Of a stretch of 64,000 bases of DNA, positions 22,121 to 31,903 are shown piece after piece (position 1 is the stretch's first letter; the number at the start of each line of letters is the position of its first letter). Made by a program: the position numbers and the translations under genes. The stretch comes from Nitrospira sp. (lineage in GTDB: Bacteria > Nitrospirota > Nitrospiria > Nitrospirales > Nitrospiraceae), in contig DATEEH010000119.1 of the NCBI GenBank assembly GCA_035281245.1, positions 20,385-84,384 on the forward strand, in the 5' to 3' direction. The notes under the pieces are model-generated. The model worked only from the letters and a program-made list of their open reading frames with translations. It was not told the DNA's origin and searched no databases.

Positions 22121-23200
22121 ATGAAACGCTCTCGTCTCCATGATCACCACGCCAAACTGAACGCCACCTTCGATGAAGTGACCGAGTGGCAGGTGGCGGT
22201 TCACTACGGCGACATGCTGGGCGAATATCGAGCTGTCCGTGACGCCGTCGGCATCGCCGACCTGTCACATCGGGGCAAAGTGCGCGTGACCGGCGACGAT
22301 CGGGTCAAATGGCTCCAAAGCGTCATCAGCAATGATCTTCTCTCTCTGCAGAGCGGACAGGGGCAGTACTCGAGTTTCCTGACCCATAAAGGCAAGATGT
22401 TGACCTATTTCCGTTGCTATCTGCTGACCGATGCGGTGATGCTCGAGGACGTCGGTGAAATTGGCGATCAGACCTATGCGGCGCTGCGAAAATTCCTTCT
22501 CTATGGAACGAAAGCCAAAATGGAGAACTGCCGGGAGAGCTGGGGGCTATTGCTGGTCAGCGGCCCGAAGGCCGCGGCGGTCCTCAACTCGGCCTTCGGT
22601 ACACACGTCGAAGACCTGAAACCCGTCAACTTCATCCCGGCCATGATTGGCGGTCAAACGGCCCTCGTCATCCGCACTGAGGAAACCGGGGAACCTGACT
22701 TTGAAATCTTGATTCCGTCGGACGGGCTTGGTGCGGCATGGGAGCGGTTGATGGAAACCGGGGCGTCCCATGGCATCCGACCGTTTGGCAGCCAGGCTCA
22801 TGACGCCCTGCGCATTGAGGCCGGCCTTCCGAAAGCAGGGGTGGAACTCAACGAAGAAATCGTCCCTCCGGAGGCCAATCTGGAAGGGAAAGCCTTCAGT
22901 TTGACAAAGGGCTGTTATCCCGGCCAGGAGGTGGTGGCCCGCATGGATACCTACGGTCACGTACGGCGGCACTTGGTGGGACTCGTGTTGGAGGAGACCA
23001 CGCTCCCGCGGAAGGGTGCCAAACTTTACAGCGGAGATCGCGAAGTGGGTTGGATCAGCAGTGCCGTGAATTCTCCGAAACTGGGCCAGAGTATCGCGCT
23101 CGGCTTCCCGCTGCGCGACTTCAGCACGCCCGGCACCGAACTGAGCGTCGAAATCGAGGGCGCACGGCTCCGGGCAACCGTGCACGCACTTCCCTTTTAG
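22121..23200 (+). CDS. ygfZ: Folate-binding GcvT-fold protein (YgfZ-like)
   Basis: Aminomethyltransferase fold. C-terminal 'KGCYPGQEVVARM' YgfZ-type signature. Confidence 0.8.
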   Translation: MKRSRLHDHHAKLNATFDEVTEWQVAVHYGDMLGEYRAVRDAVGIADLSHRGKVRVTGDDRVKWLQSVISNDLLSLQSGQGQYSSFLTHKGKMLTYFRCYLLTDAVMLEDVGEIGDQTYAALRKFLLYGTKAKMENCRESWGLLLVSGPKAAAVLNSAFGTHVEDLKPVNFIPAMIGGQTALVIRTEETGEPDFEILIPSDGLGAAWERLMETGASHGIRPFGSQAHDALRIEAGLPKAGVELNEEIVPPEANLEGKAFSLTKGCYPGQEVVARMDTYGHVRRHLVGLVLEETTLPRKGAKLYSGDREVGWISSAVNSPKLGQSIALGFPLRDFSTPGTELSVEIEGARLRATVHALPF

Positions 23201-23335
23201 GCGGGCTGGCGAACGATCAGCTTCGCCATCTTCTCTGCCAAGACACCTCCCGGCCGGTGATGACGTTCCCGAACCGAACGAAGCTGAAAGTTGCCGGAGA
23301 ATGGAGCCGTGGTCCGGACGTGATTGTGCGGGGTG

Positions 23336-23818
23336 CTAGCGTTCCGGATTGCGCGCGGCAGACACTGCCGATGCGAACTTGAGCACACTCGCCCGTTCTT
23401 CATCATCCAGGCCAAGCAACAAATGCGCTTCCTCCCCATGCATGAGGCGGAGGCTCAGAAACGGCTCTTCGCGCCGCTTTTCCTTGTTATCCCACATGGC
23501 GTCGATCAGCTGCACCTTATCGAGTTGGACGACTGAGACGACGTCATAGCGGAAATAGCTGTCCCCGATGACCATGTCGAATAACACGTGACCTGCCGTC
23601 AACAGGAGAATGTTGAACCGGCCTTGCTCTTCATATCCCTCAGGGAGAAACTTATTGATGTGACACAACGCCACTTTGCGGTCAGCCAGCGCGGCGCGGA
23701 TTTTTTCCCGCAACGCCGGATAATCGATTTGCAGCGGCTTTTCGTCAGGACTCGTTGCCGCGACAGCCGCGGCCTGTACTTTTTCAAAGATTTCTTCCGC
23801 CGACATCAACCCTGCCAT
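23336..23818 (-). CDS. Hypothetical protein (160 aa)
   Basis: Coding-like composition and no competing ORF. I recognise no motif. Confidence 0.5.
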   Translation of the reverse strand: MAGLMSAEEIFEKVQAAAVAATSPDEKPLQIDYPALREKIRAALADRKVALCHINKFLPEGYEEQGRFNILLLTAGHVLFDMVIGDSYFRYDVVSVVQLDKVQLIDAMWDNKEKRREEPFLSLRLMHGEEAHLLLGLDDEERASVLKFASAVSAARNPER

Positions 23819-23843
23819 TCCAGTACTCCTTCATTGAATGGGA

Positions 23844-24098
23844 TTAGTGCTTGTGTTTCGATCGAATGGCGCGGGCCACGCCGATGAGCGCCACGCCGGC
23901 CCACGCGAACTCCAACAAGATGAACCCTGCACGTTGATCGACGACCGCAACGATGCCGAGCATGAGAGAGCCTACAATGTTCAGCGTGAGATAGCCCGCA
24001 TGAAGCTCCCGCCAAATCCCGCCCTGGTTGAGCCCATAGGCGGCAAGCACCATCAAGGCCCCGACGACCGACATGACCTGTAACAGCATGCGGAACAT
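23844..24098 (-). CDS. Small integral membrane protein (84 aa, 2-3 TM)
   Basis: Hydrophobic segments 'VMSVVGALMVLAAYGL', 'LNIVGSLMLGIVAVV', 'ILLEFAWAGVALIGV'. Confidence 0.55.
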   Translation of the reverse strand: MFRMLLQVMSVVGALMVLAAYGLNQGGIWRELHAGYLTLNIVGSLMLGIVAVVDQRAGFILLEFAWAGVALIGVARAIRSKHKH

Positions 24099-24241
24099 TC
24101 CTTCTCAAACACACTGATGCCAGCCTTCCCGTCGCCATTTTCCGTGCCTGGAAGTGAAAGATGAAGCCGAGTGGGCTTTCCAGCATCCTATGAACGAAGG
24201 TACCGTAACTGGTGCATAACCCAGAATGCAAGTGGCGCCCG

Positions 24242-25825
24242 CTACCGCGGTTGCTCCTCCTGGCGCGCGAGAATGCGATGGGAGAACCGCGTCTTTCCCT
24301 CGACGTCCAGGATGGACACCGCCAACGCCTCCTTGGTCACACGAACCAGTCCGAAGTTGTCATATCCCCCTTCATTGATCAAGGTGTTGGGATGCAAGAC
24401 AGGACTTGGAGTGGTCAGACGTCCGGGGCTCGCTGACAACGGCCCGCTGACGAATTCATGAAAATCCACCACGCCGTCCTGATTGGGATCGTACCTGTTG
24501 GCTTGGACCCAATGGATGTCACCGGCGAGAAAGACCACATTCGCGACCCGCTTCTGTACGATAGCATCGACGATGACCTGTCGTTCACGCTCAAAGCCGG
24601 TGCCGTCCGTCCCACCGGCCCAACCGTCGTGGCCGGGCACGGCAAGTCCGCCGCCTTTGGGAACGGACAACGGCACACTGGTGACAATGACTTTCCACGT
24701 CGCCGTTGAAGCCGGCATCTCTTCGAGCAGCCACTGTAACTGAGCGGCGCCAAGCATGGTCTTCGCCGGACCATCTGGCTCGGCATTCTTGCTGCGGTAC
24801 TGTCTGGTGTCGAGCAGGAAAATTTCCAGATCCGACCCGTAGCGAATGCTTCGATACAACCGGTTCGGATCCGAGACATCGCTGCGGATCGGCCAGTACT
24901 CGCGCAAGGCCTGCCGACCGGCGGGCATCTGCGCTTCGGACGGACCCGAAAAATTGTTCTTCACTTCATGATCGTCCCAGGTGACGTAGACCGGCACCGT
25001 GTCCAGCAATCGGCGCAGCGCAGCGGCTCCCCGCTGGTAATGGTGCTTGGCGCGATATTCAGACAACGTCGTGGCGATGAAATTGGCGCCGGGATCGTTG
25101 GGTGGTGACGGACAGACATTGTCGGCGTAAATGGTGTCGCCGAGGAAGAGAAAGAAATCCGGCTTCTGCCGGCGAATGGTGTCGAATATAGGGTACCCCG
25201 CTTCACCCTGCCGGCAGCGATCCTGTCCGCCGACGTCACCGCTCCAGGCGAACGTGACCGGTGCAGATGTGTCGGATTTCGGCAGCGTCGAAAATTCTCC
25301 CTCTGCGGCAGCGCGCTGTCGGGAGGGAGCCGTCCCCGGACCTGGGTCGCTCATCAGGATGTAGTAGCGATAGCGCGTCTGAGGCGAGAGACGGTCAAGG
25401 GAAATCGTGCGGGTGAAATCGGTCTCGGGGCCAGTCACCACGCGCGGCGTGCGGCTAGCAGCCGACTGCACGGACGCCATTGCCGAGATTTTTTTCCATG
25501 CGTCGACCGAAGCCCATTCAACCTGAATCTCTCTTGGTCCGTCGGTCCTGAGCCATAGCTCGGCGGAATGACTCGTGACGTCGCCGACCGCTGTTCCATC
25601 GGGCAGACCGGGCTTTTGCAGCTCGGTCCGATCGGTGAATGGACTGCCCGGAGGCAGTCCTTCCCTTGAAGCCGAGACACAGCTTGGGAGCAGGAGAAAC
25701 GCAGCGTAAATGACAGCGCCATAAAAGAATGTACTCCACACCTCTCTCACGGTTGAAAATCGGACCGAGCGTCCTGCATACTGGCTCCTATCGGGAGTCG
25801 ACATCATGAACGAGCTGACCTGCAT
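24242..25825 (-). CDS. phoD: PhoD-family alkaline phosphatase/phosphodiesterase
   Basis: 'LFLGDTIYADN', 'WDDHEVKNNF', 'VFLAGDIHW' metallophosphatase motifs. N-terminal hydrophobic signal. The start may be Met 7 or 8 (25807/25804). Confidence 0.85.
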   Translation of the reverse strand: MQVSSFMMSTPDRSQYAGRSVRFSTVREVWSTFFYGAVIYAAFLLLPSCVSASREGLPPGSPFTDRTELQKPGLPDGTAVGDVTSHSAELWLRTDGPREIQVEWASVDAWKKISAMASVQSAASRTPRVVTGPETDFTRTISLDRLSPQTRYRYYILMSDPGPGTAPSRQRAAAEGEFSTLPKSDTSAPVTFAWSGDVGGQDRCRQGEAGYPIFDTIRRQKPDFFLFLGDTIYADNVCPSPPNDPGANFIATTLSEYRAKHHYQRGAAALRRLLDTVPVYVTWDDHEVKNNFSGPSEAQMPAGRQALREYWPIRSDVSDPNRLYRSIRYGSDLEIFLLDTRQYRSKNAEPDGPAKTMLGAAQLQWLLEEMPASTATWKVIVTSVPLSVPKGGGLAVPGHDGWAGGTDGTGFERERQVIVDAIVQKRVANVVFLAGDIHWVQANRYDPNQDGVVDFHEFVSGPLSASPGRLTTPSPVLHPNTLINEGGYDNFGLVRVTKEALAVSILDVEGKTRFSHRILARQEEQPR

Positions 25826-26045
25826 GATCCAAGGCTGTCAGGCGAAGGTCTATTCGCCCGCCGGCACCCAGCACGTATGCAAAGAGCATTTTCTCAACTT
25901 CCTCACCTGGCGACGACGCAAAGGCCCCCAGATGTTCATCCATTACGCCGGTCTGACCATGGATCAGCGCGACGCCATCGCTGCCGAATGGTCCAAGACC
26001 GTCTCCATCGTCGAAGCGCCCTCCGGCCAGACCCAAAAAGCCTGA
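25806..26045 (+). CDS. Hypothetical small Cys/His-containing protein (79 aa)
   Basis: 'CMIQGC...HVCKEH' is a possible zinc site. Coding-like codon usage. Overlaps the longest PhoD start by 20 nt. Confidence 0.4.
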   Translation: MNELTCMIQGCQAKVYSPAGTQHVCKEHFLNFLTWRRRKGPQMFIHYAGLTMDQRDAIAAEWSKTVSIVEAPSGQTQKA

Positions 26046-26068
26046 CTTTCCCTTTTCCCCTTTTCTCA

Positions 26069-26100
26069 AAGCGGGTGGCGTCGATCGATTATTCGCACCC
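26069..26100 (+). repeat. Copy 1 of a 32-nt imperfect intergenic direct repeat
   Basis: AAGCGGGTGGCGTCGATCGATTATTCGCACCC versus copy 2 at 26244-26275 (about 24/32 identical, first 11 nt identical). Confidence 0.55.
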
Positions 26101-26243
26101 AACCCCGCCCTGCGCACGCCGAGACGTGCGCTTTACCCAATCTCACCCGCCCAACCCACCGATTGCTTCGCAATCGATTTCCCGGGACGCGGCTTTTACC
26201 AGGCGCGCGCAGCGGAAATGCATCTCCCAGACTTTTCATTCTT

Positions 26244-26275
26244 AAGCGGGTGGCCTCGAATGATCGTTCGCCCGC
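26244..26275 (+). repeat. Copy 2 of the 32-nt imperfect intergenic direct repeat
   Basis: AAGCGGGTGGCCTCGAATGATCGTTCGCCCGC. Overlaps the left arm of the long hairpin at 26254-26324. Confidence 0.55.
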
Positions 26276-26346
26276 AGTGGGGTCCCCACACCGGGCGGCG
26301 TACGAGGACGAACGATCATCGAGGACAGGACCCGCGGACCCGCGCC

Positions 26347-26739
26347 CTAACCCATCACGGGACTGCCGTGATGATGGATCATCAACCACTCATCACCAAT
26401 GCGCTCGAACAGATTGGTAGCGAGCACCCGGCTTTGCTGTGGTTCGTCCGATTGTTGCGTCGTGATGTTTTCCACGCAAATCACCCACGCCATGTCGCCC
26501 GCCACCTGAACAATGGACTCGGTCAGCTCGAACTTCATGGAAAAGGTGTTGTTGAAAATGAGCACCCACGAGTCGCGCACTGCCGGCCACTCAGCGCGAA
26601 GGGTCCAGCCGGGATGAACGCAAGTGACATACTCGAGATGTGCCCAAACCTCGTCCATTTTGGCAATGTCGAGGCTTTCAAACGCATCGTAGAATTTCCG
26701 GTTCGCTCTCGAGACCTCTTGAATGCGTCGTTCGATCAC
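26347..26739 (-). CDS. NTF2/SnoaL-like fold protein
   Basis: 'ANRKFYDAFESLDIAKMDEVWA...VTCVHPGW' is typical of the NTF2-like (DUF4440/SnoaL-like) family. 130 aa. Confidence 0.7.
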   Translation of the reverse strand: MIERRIQEVSRANRKFYDAFESLDIAKMDEVWAHLEYVTCVHPGWTLRAEWPAVRDSWVLIFNNTFSMKFELTESIVQVAGDMAWVICVENITTQQSDEPQQSRVLATNLFERIGDEWLMIHHHGSPVMG

Positions 26740-26846
26740 GCCAACTCCTTCTCAGTCACGAGCGATCGACAGGTGCGTCATCGCCCCGATCAAGCGCGTT
26801 ATCATACTGGAATCCCCACTGTGAGCGCGAGCAAAGATTGGGCAGG

Positions 26847-27791
26847 CTATGACTTGGAGAATCTGGAGGTCTGCAGATGCACGACCCACACGCCGCAGAG
26901 GATCAACACGATTCCGATGATTTCCGCCTCGCCCACGGGTTCTTTCAAAATGATGGCGGAAAGCGCCACCGCTGCGACCGGGGTGAGATTGCCGAGCACG
27001 GAGGCGCGCGAGGGGCCGATACCTTTGACGCCGAACAGCCAGGCCTGTTGAGCAATCGCCGTCGCGAACAACACCAAGTAGGCCAGCGCAAGCCAGTCGG
27101 AGGGCGCAACCGAACCGACTCCTGCATGCAACATTTTTTGGTCCGTCCAGAGCAAAGGGAGCTGCAATGCGGTCGCCGAAAATAGCGTCGTCCAGTTGAC
27201 CGTCAGCGCCGGCAGCCGCTCCATGATGGTCCGGCTGCCGATCGTGTAGAGCGCCCAACTCGCCACACCCAAAAACACGAGGATGCCGCCGAGCAACGGC
27301 TGTTCTCCCGCGGCGTTGAATCCGGCCACTGACACTACTCCCACCCCGAAGAACGACAACAGGCTACCCGCCCACACCGCACGGAGCGGCACGTCTTGGA
27401 TGAAGAGCGCCGACAGCAACGCGGTGACAACCGGCAACGATCCGATGATCACCCCCGCCACGGCGCCGCTCACATACTTGAGGCCAATCAAGATCAACAA
27501 GTGATTCCCGAGCACTCCCAGGCCCAGGAGTGCGAGCGTTCGATAATCGCGCAGCGTCAAGCGAGCAAGCGATTCGCCCTGCCACCACCAGGTGGCGATC
27601 AGAATACAGAGCCCGCCGATATCGCGTAACACCGAAGCCTCGACTGGGGAAAATCCGCTCAATGCGAGCTTCTGCGCGACGATCGATCCACCCCATAATA
27701 CAGCTGCAAGGACGATCGCTCCGTAGCCAACCCCCAATGACCCTTTTCTCATGATCACGGCATACATGCCTTCTTCAAAGTGGTCAAGCAT
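26847..27791 (-). CDS. DMT-superfamily (EamA) transporter
   Basis: Ten TM segments in two EamA-like halves. 314 aa. Confidence 0.85.
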   Translation of the reverse strand: MLDHFEEGMYAVIMRKGSLGVGYGAIVLAAVLWGGSIVAQKLALSGFSPVEASVLRDIGGLCILIATWWWQGESLARLTLRDYRTLALLGLGVLGNHLLILIGLKYVSGAVAGVIIGSLPVVTALLSALFIQDVPLRAVWAGSLLSFFGVGVVSVAGFNAAGEQPLLGGILVFLGVASWALYTIGSRTIMERLPALTVNWTTLFSATALQLPLLWTDQKMLHAGVGSVAPSDWLALAYLVLFATAIAQQAWLFGVKGIGPSRASVLGNLTPVAAVALSAIILKEPVGEAEIIGIVLILCGVWVVHLQTSRFSKS

Positions 27792-27960
27792 ATTCGGCCC
27801 GAGGCTCGTGTTTCCAAAGCGTTTACCGGATATGTCGGCGCATGGACCTTCAGTGCATCTTGCTTTCGTCGTGAACGCTTGCGCAGGCGTCGCGAGGCAT
27901 GCCCTCGTCCTCGGGACTTTGCTAGGTGTTTTTAAGGGGACGATTCCGTTTTATGGAAGC

Positions 27961-28779
27961 ATGAACGGCTCGCCTTCAGAGCGCGCCTCGGCCGCCACCA
28001 GAGAATCCGACCGTCTCAATTTTGAGACGTATGACGCCGTCTTGAGTGACCTGGATGGCGTGATCACTCAAACGGCTCGATTGCACGCCGCCGCGTGGAA
28101 GCGTCTGTTTGACGACTACCTGTGCCATGTCGCCGCTCAAACGGGAACCGCATGTCAGCCGTTCGACCTTGAAGAGGACTACCGATTGCACCTCGATGGG
28201 AAACCACGGCAAGACGGTGTACGGGACTTCTTGCAATCCCGCGGGTTGACTCTCCCTCTCGGCTCTCCCAGCGACAGCGGCGATCGAGACACCCTGTATG
28301 GGATGGGCAATAGGAAGGACGGATATTTTGAGGCCGCCTTACGGGAGACCGGTGTCGCTGTGTATCCCACCACGGTCGCATTCCTGCGTGTGGCCAAACA
28401 AGCCGGCTTGAAGATGGCCGTCGTCTCGTCGAGCCATCATTGCGCCGAAATCATCGAGGCGATCGGTTTGACGCCCCTCTTTGAAGTTCGCATCGATGGA
28501 CACGAAATCGACCGACTCCGTCTTCCCGGCAAGCCTGCTCCAGATGCCTTTGTGGAAGCGGCGCGGCGGTTGACCGTCGAACCGCGGCGGGCCATTGTCA
28601 TCGAGGACGCGTTATCGGGTGTTCGCGCTGGACGCGCCGGGGGTTTTGGGCTCGTCATCGGCGTCAACCGGCGCAACCAGGCTCAGGCGCTGCGAGACCT
28701 GGGTGCGGATGTGGTCGTCAACGACCTTGGTGAACTCTTGCCAGGATCAACCGAATCTCCAACTCCCGCGTCGCGGTAA
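27961..28779 (+). CDS. pgmB: Beta-phosphoglucomutase-family HAD hydrolase
   Basis: HAD motif I 'LSDLDGVIT', 'GKPAPDAF', 'IVIEDALSGVRAGRAGG'. ATG 27961 chosen; upstream alternative starts are possible. Confidence 0.8.
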   Translation: MNGSPSERASAATRESDRLNFETYDAVLSDLDGVITQTARLHAAAWKRLFDDYLCHVAAQTGTACQPFDLEEDYRLHLDGKPRQDGVRDFLQSRGLTLPLGSPSDSGDRDTLYGMGNRKDGYFEAALRETGVAVYPTTVAFLRVAKQAGLKMAVVSSSHHCAEIIEAIGLTPLFEVRIDGHEIDRLRLPGKPAPDAFVEAARRLTVEPRRAIVIEDALSGVRAGRAGGFGLVIGVNRRNQAQALRDLGADVVVNDLGELLPGSTESPTPASR

Positions 28780-28802
28780 CCAGTTCACAGGGAAACGATC
28801 CA

Positions 28803-31217
28803 ATGATCCATCGTCCTCGGTTTCATCCGCCTCCGCACATTTATCCTCCCGATGAATGGAACCTCATCGAGAAACGCTTCATGCCCGACCTGCTGGAACA
28901 AGACGAGACCATGTTTGCGCTGGGCAACGGCTATCTCGGCATGAGGGGATGCTTCGAAGAGGGCGGACCCATCGGTCAGAACGGCACCTTCATTAACGGC
29001 TTCTACGAAAGCTGGAAAATCGTCTACCCCGAAGATGCCTATGGCCTGGCGACGACGGGCCAAACCATCGTCAACGTGACGGACACGAAGAACATCAAGC
29101 TCTACGTCGATGACGAACCCTTCTGGCTTCCGCACGCCAACGTGCGCAGCTTCGATCGGCGACTCAACATGAAATCAGGAACCCTCGACCGGGAGGTCGT
29201 CTGGGAGACTCCAGCGGGCAAGCAGGTCTCGATCAAATCACGCCGCCTGGTATCGTTTGAGCACCGTCACGTCGCGGCCATCTGGTACCAGATCACGCTT
29301 CTGAATGCCGCGGCACCGGTCGTGCTCTCGTCCGAAATGATCGCCAACGAGCCGACCCCGCGACGGGGCAATTACGATCCACGACAAGCCAAGGTGTTCA
29401 TCGAAAAGGTGCTGAAACACCACCTGAGCTATGCCAAGGGCCAGCGGATGGTATTGTGCCACGCGACCAACAAGAGCGAGCTGATCCTGGCCTGCGCGAT
29501 CGACCACACGCTCGACACCCCGTTGCACGTCGAGTGGAAAACGAATTACACAGCTGACGCCGGCCAAGTCGTCGCGACCATTGCTGCCGAACCCGGGCAA
29601 CCGATTACGCTGGTGAAGTACGTCGTGTATCATACGAGCCACACGGCGCCTCCCGAGGAAGTGTGTGCGCGTGCAGAACGCACGCTCGACCGGGCCGTCG
29701 ACACCGGATTTTCCTCTCTCCTGGGCGCTCAGGAACGTTTCATGGAGGACTTCTGGCAACGGAGCGACGTCAAGGTCATCACGAACCCCGATCGAGCCAA
29801 AGCCTCGACGACCGCTGTTCAGCAGGCGCTTCGGTTCAATCTGTTTCATATCCTGCAAGCCTCTGCCCGCGCGGAAAATACCGGCGTACCCGCAAAAGGA
29901 CTGACCGGCGGCGCGTATGAGGGACATTATTTCTGGGACACCGAAATTTACGTGCTGCCGTTCCTGACCTACACCGCACCGCGTATCGCGAAAAATCTCC
30001 TGAGGTTCCGACACGGCATGTTGGACAAAGCCCGCGCACGCGCCCGAGAGCTGAATCAACAGGGAGCCATGTATCCCTGGCGAACGATCAATGGCGAAGA
30101 GGCTTCAGCCTATTACGCGGCGGGCACGGCCCAATATCACATCAATGCCGACATCATGTACGCGTTGAAAAAGTACATCCAGGCCACGGAAGAGAATGAA
30201 TTCTTGTTCGATGAAGGCGTGGAGATGCTGGTAGAAACCGCCCGACTCTGGCGATCACTCGGCTTCTATTCGCCGCGGAAGGACGGCCAATTTTGCATTC
30301 ATTGTGTCACCGGACCGGACGAATACAATACGGTGGTCGATAACAACGCCTATACCAACCTCATGGCGAGGGAGAACCTTCGCTATGCGGCCGAGACCGT
30401 GGAACGCGTCCGTGAACAGCGGCCGGATCTCTTTATCGCATTGGTGCATAAGACACGATTGGATCCCTCCGAGGTGCTGGAGTGGAAGCAGGCGGCGGAT
30501 CGAATGTACGTGCCGTATGACGAGCGCCTGCGGATTACCCCGCAGGACGACCAGTTTCTAGAGCAACAGCCATGGGATTTTGATCGCACCCCGGCCGACA
30601 AGTATCCGTTGCTTCTCTATTTCCACCCCCTGACCATCTATCGCTATCAGGTGATCAAGCAGGCCGATCTCGTCCTCGCCATGTTTCTCCTCGGACATGA
30701 ATTCGATCCGGAGCTCAAGCGGAGGAACTTCGCCTTCTACGATCCCATCACCACCGGCGACTCATCGCTCTCGGCCTGCATACAAAGCATCATGGCCGCG
30801 GAAGTCGGCGAAATGGACAAAGCCCTGGAGTACGGCCGGGTGGCGACGCTGATGGACCTCGGCGACGTGGCGGGGAATGTGAAAGATGGATGCCATATTG
30901 CCGCAATGGGCGGCGTATGGATGATCTTTGTGTATGGCTTTGCGGGATTACGCGACTACGGCGGTCAGCTGTGCTTCTGGCCGGCGTTGCCCGATGTGCT
31001 TCATTGCATCCGCTTTCAGCTCCAGTATCGAGGTCAGACCCTCGAGGTCAATGTGGGACAAGACACGACGGAGTATCGTTTGCAAAGGGGAACGGGGTTG
31101 ACGATCCGCCATCGAGACGAAGAGCTCAAATTATCCCCCGACCTGCCCTCGGTCGAACGGCCGAACGGGACCCTCACAGCTTTCTACGAACGACAAGCAC
31201 GCCGTCGCGAAGCGTGA
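28803..31217 (+). CDS. Glycoside hydrolase family 65 disaccharide phosphorylase (kojibiose/trehalose/maltose phosphorylase type)
   Basis: 804 aa. Conserved GH65 segments 'GYLGMRG', 'HYFWDTEIY', 'TGPDEYNTVVDNNAYTN', 'IKQADLVL'. Paired with a beta-PGM gene. Confidence 0.9.
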   Translation: MIHRPRFHPPPHIYPPDEWNLIEKRFMPDLLEQDETMFALGNGYLGMRGCFEEGGPIGQNGTFINGFYESWKIVYPEDAYGLATTGQTIVNVTDTKNIKLYVDDEPFWLPHANVRSFDRRLNMKSGTLDREVVWETPAGKQVSIKSRRLVSFEHRHVAAIWYQITLLNAAAPVVLSSEMIANEPTPRRGNYDPRQAKVFIEKVLKHHLSYAKGQRMVLCHATNKSELILACAIDHTLDTPLHVEWKTNYTADAGQVVATIAAEPGQPITLVKYVVYHTSHTAPPEEVCARAERTLDRAVDTGFSSLLGAQERFMEDFWQRSDVKVITNPDRAKASTTAVQQALRFNLFHILQASARAENTGVPAKGLTGGAYEGHYFWDTEIYVLPFLTYTAPRIAKNLLRFRHGMLDKARARARELNQQGAMYPWRTINGEEASAYYAAGTAQYHINADIMYALKKYIQATEENEFLFDEGVEMLVETARLWRSLGFYSPRKDGQFCIHCVTGPDEYNTVVDNNAYTNLMARENLRYAAETVERVREQRPDLFIALVHKTRLDPSEVLEWKQAADRMYVPYDERLRITPQDDQFLEQQPWDFDRTPADKYPLLLYFHPLTIYRYQVIKQADLVLAMFLLGHEFDPELKRRNFAFYDPITTGDSSLSACIQSIMAAEVGEMDKALEYGRVATLMDLGDVAGNVKDGCHIAAMGGVWMIFVYGFAGLRDYGGQLCFWPALPDVLHCIRFQLQYRGQTLEVNVGQDTTEYRLQRGTGLTIRHRDEELKLSPDLPSVERPNGTLTAFYERQARRREA

Positions 31218-31818
31218 GCAATACGGCTGACATGTCGGAGTCACCGGCAACGGCTCGATTCAATTCCTGAATGGCGGCCGTTCGTTCGTCGGGGGGCGGT
31301 TGTAAAATCACGTCTCCATCCCAGAGGACATTGTCGATCAAGATGACACCGATGGGGGAAAGCAGCTCTTTCGCCCTCCGGTAATAGTTCAGGTAATTTT
31401 GCTTATCGGCATCGATGAAAATGACGTCAAATCGTCCATCGAGCGTCCGCATCGTCTCAAGCGCCGGGCCCATGCGAACGATGATCTTGTGTCCGTCAGG
31501 TGAGGCCGCAAAATAACGGCGGGCAACGGCGGCTGAGGGTTCGTCGATTTCGCAGGTGGTCACCGTACCCTCATCGGGCAGGGCCTCGGCGAAACACAAG
31601 GCGCTGTAGCCGGTGAACATGCCGATCTCGAGGACGTGAGTGGCGCGGACCATCTGAGTCACCATTTTCAAAAACGCCCCTTCCAGCGGCCCAACCACCA
31701 TTTGTGGACAGTCCATCTGCCGGTACGTTTCTGCACGAAGGTCGCGGCAGGTGTCGGACTCATCCATGGAATGCGCGGTCGCGTACGCTTCGATTTCAGC
31801 GGAAACTAACGCCTTCAT
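31174..31818 (-). CDS. Class I SAM-dependent O-methyltransferase (cation-dependent, CCoAOMT-like)
   Basis: 'VLEIGMFTGYSAL', 'FDVIFIDADK', 'ILIDNVLWDG'. Confidence 0.85.
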   Translation of the reverse strand: MKALVSAEIEAYATAHSMDESDTCRDLRAETYRQMDCPQMVVGPLEGAFLKMVTQMVRATHVLEIGMFTGYSALCFAEALPDEGTVTTCEIDEPSAAVARRYFAASPDGHKIIVRMGPALETMRTLDGRFDVIFIDADKQNYLNYYRRAKELLSPIGVILIDNVLWDGDVILQPPPDERTAAIQELNRAVAGDSDMSAVLLTLRDGVLVVRRKL

Positions 31819-31903
31819 GGGGTCCTCCCGGTTTGAAAAATGGCCCGCTGCGTGCGAGACTGCATAAGGCTGTCGTGAGATCGCTCCGCGGCACGATCAT
31901 AGC

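Noticed and set aside
25877-26420. ORFs of 122, 107 and 85 aa in the 26.0-26.35 kb spacer
   Set aside because: They overlap each other in different frames, are Arg/Pro/Ser-rich, and are built largely from the repeat and hairpin sequences. They are more likely non-coding.
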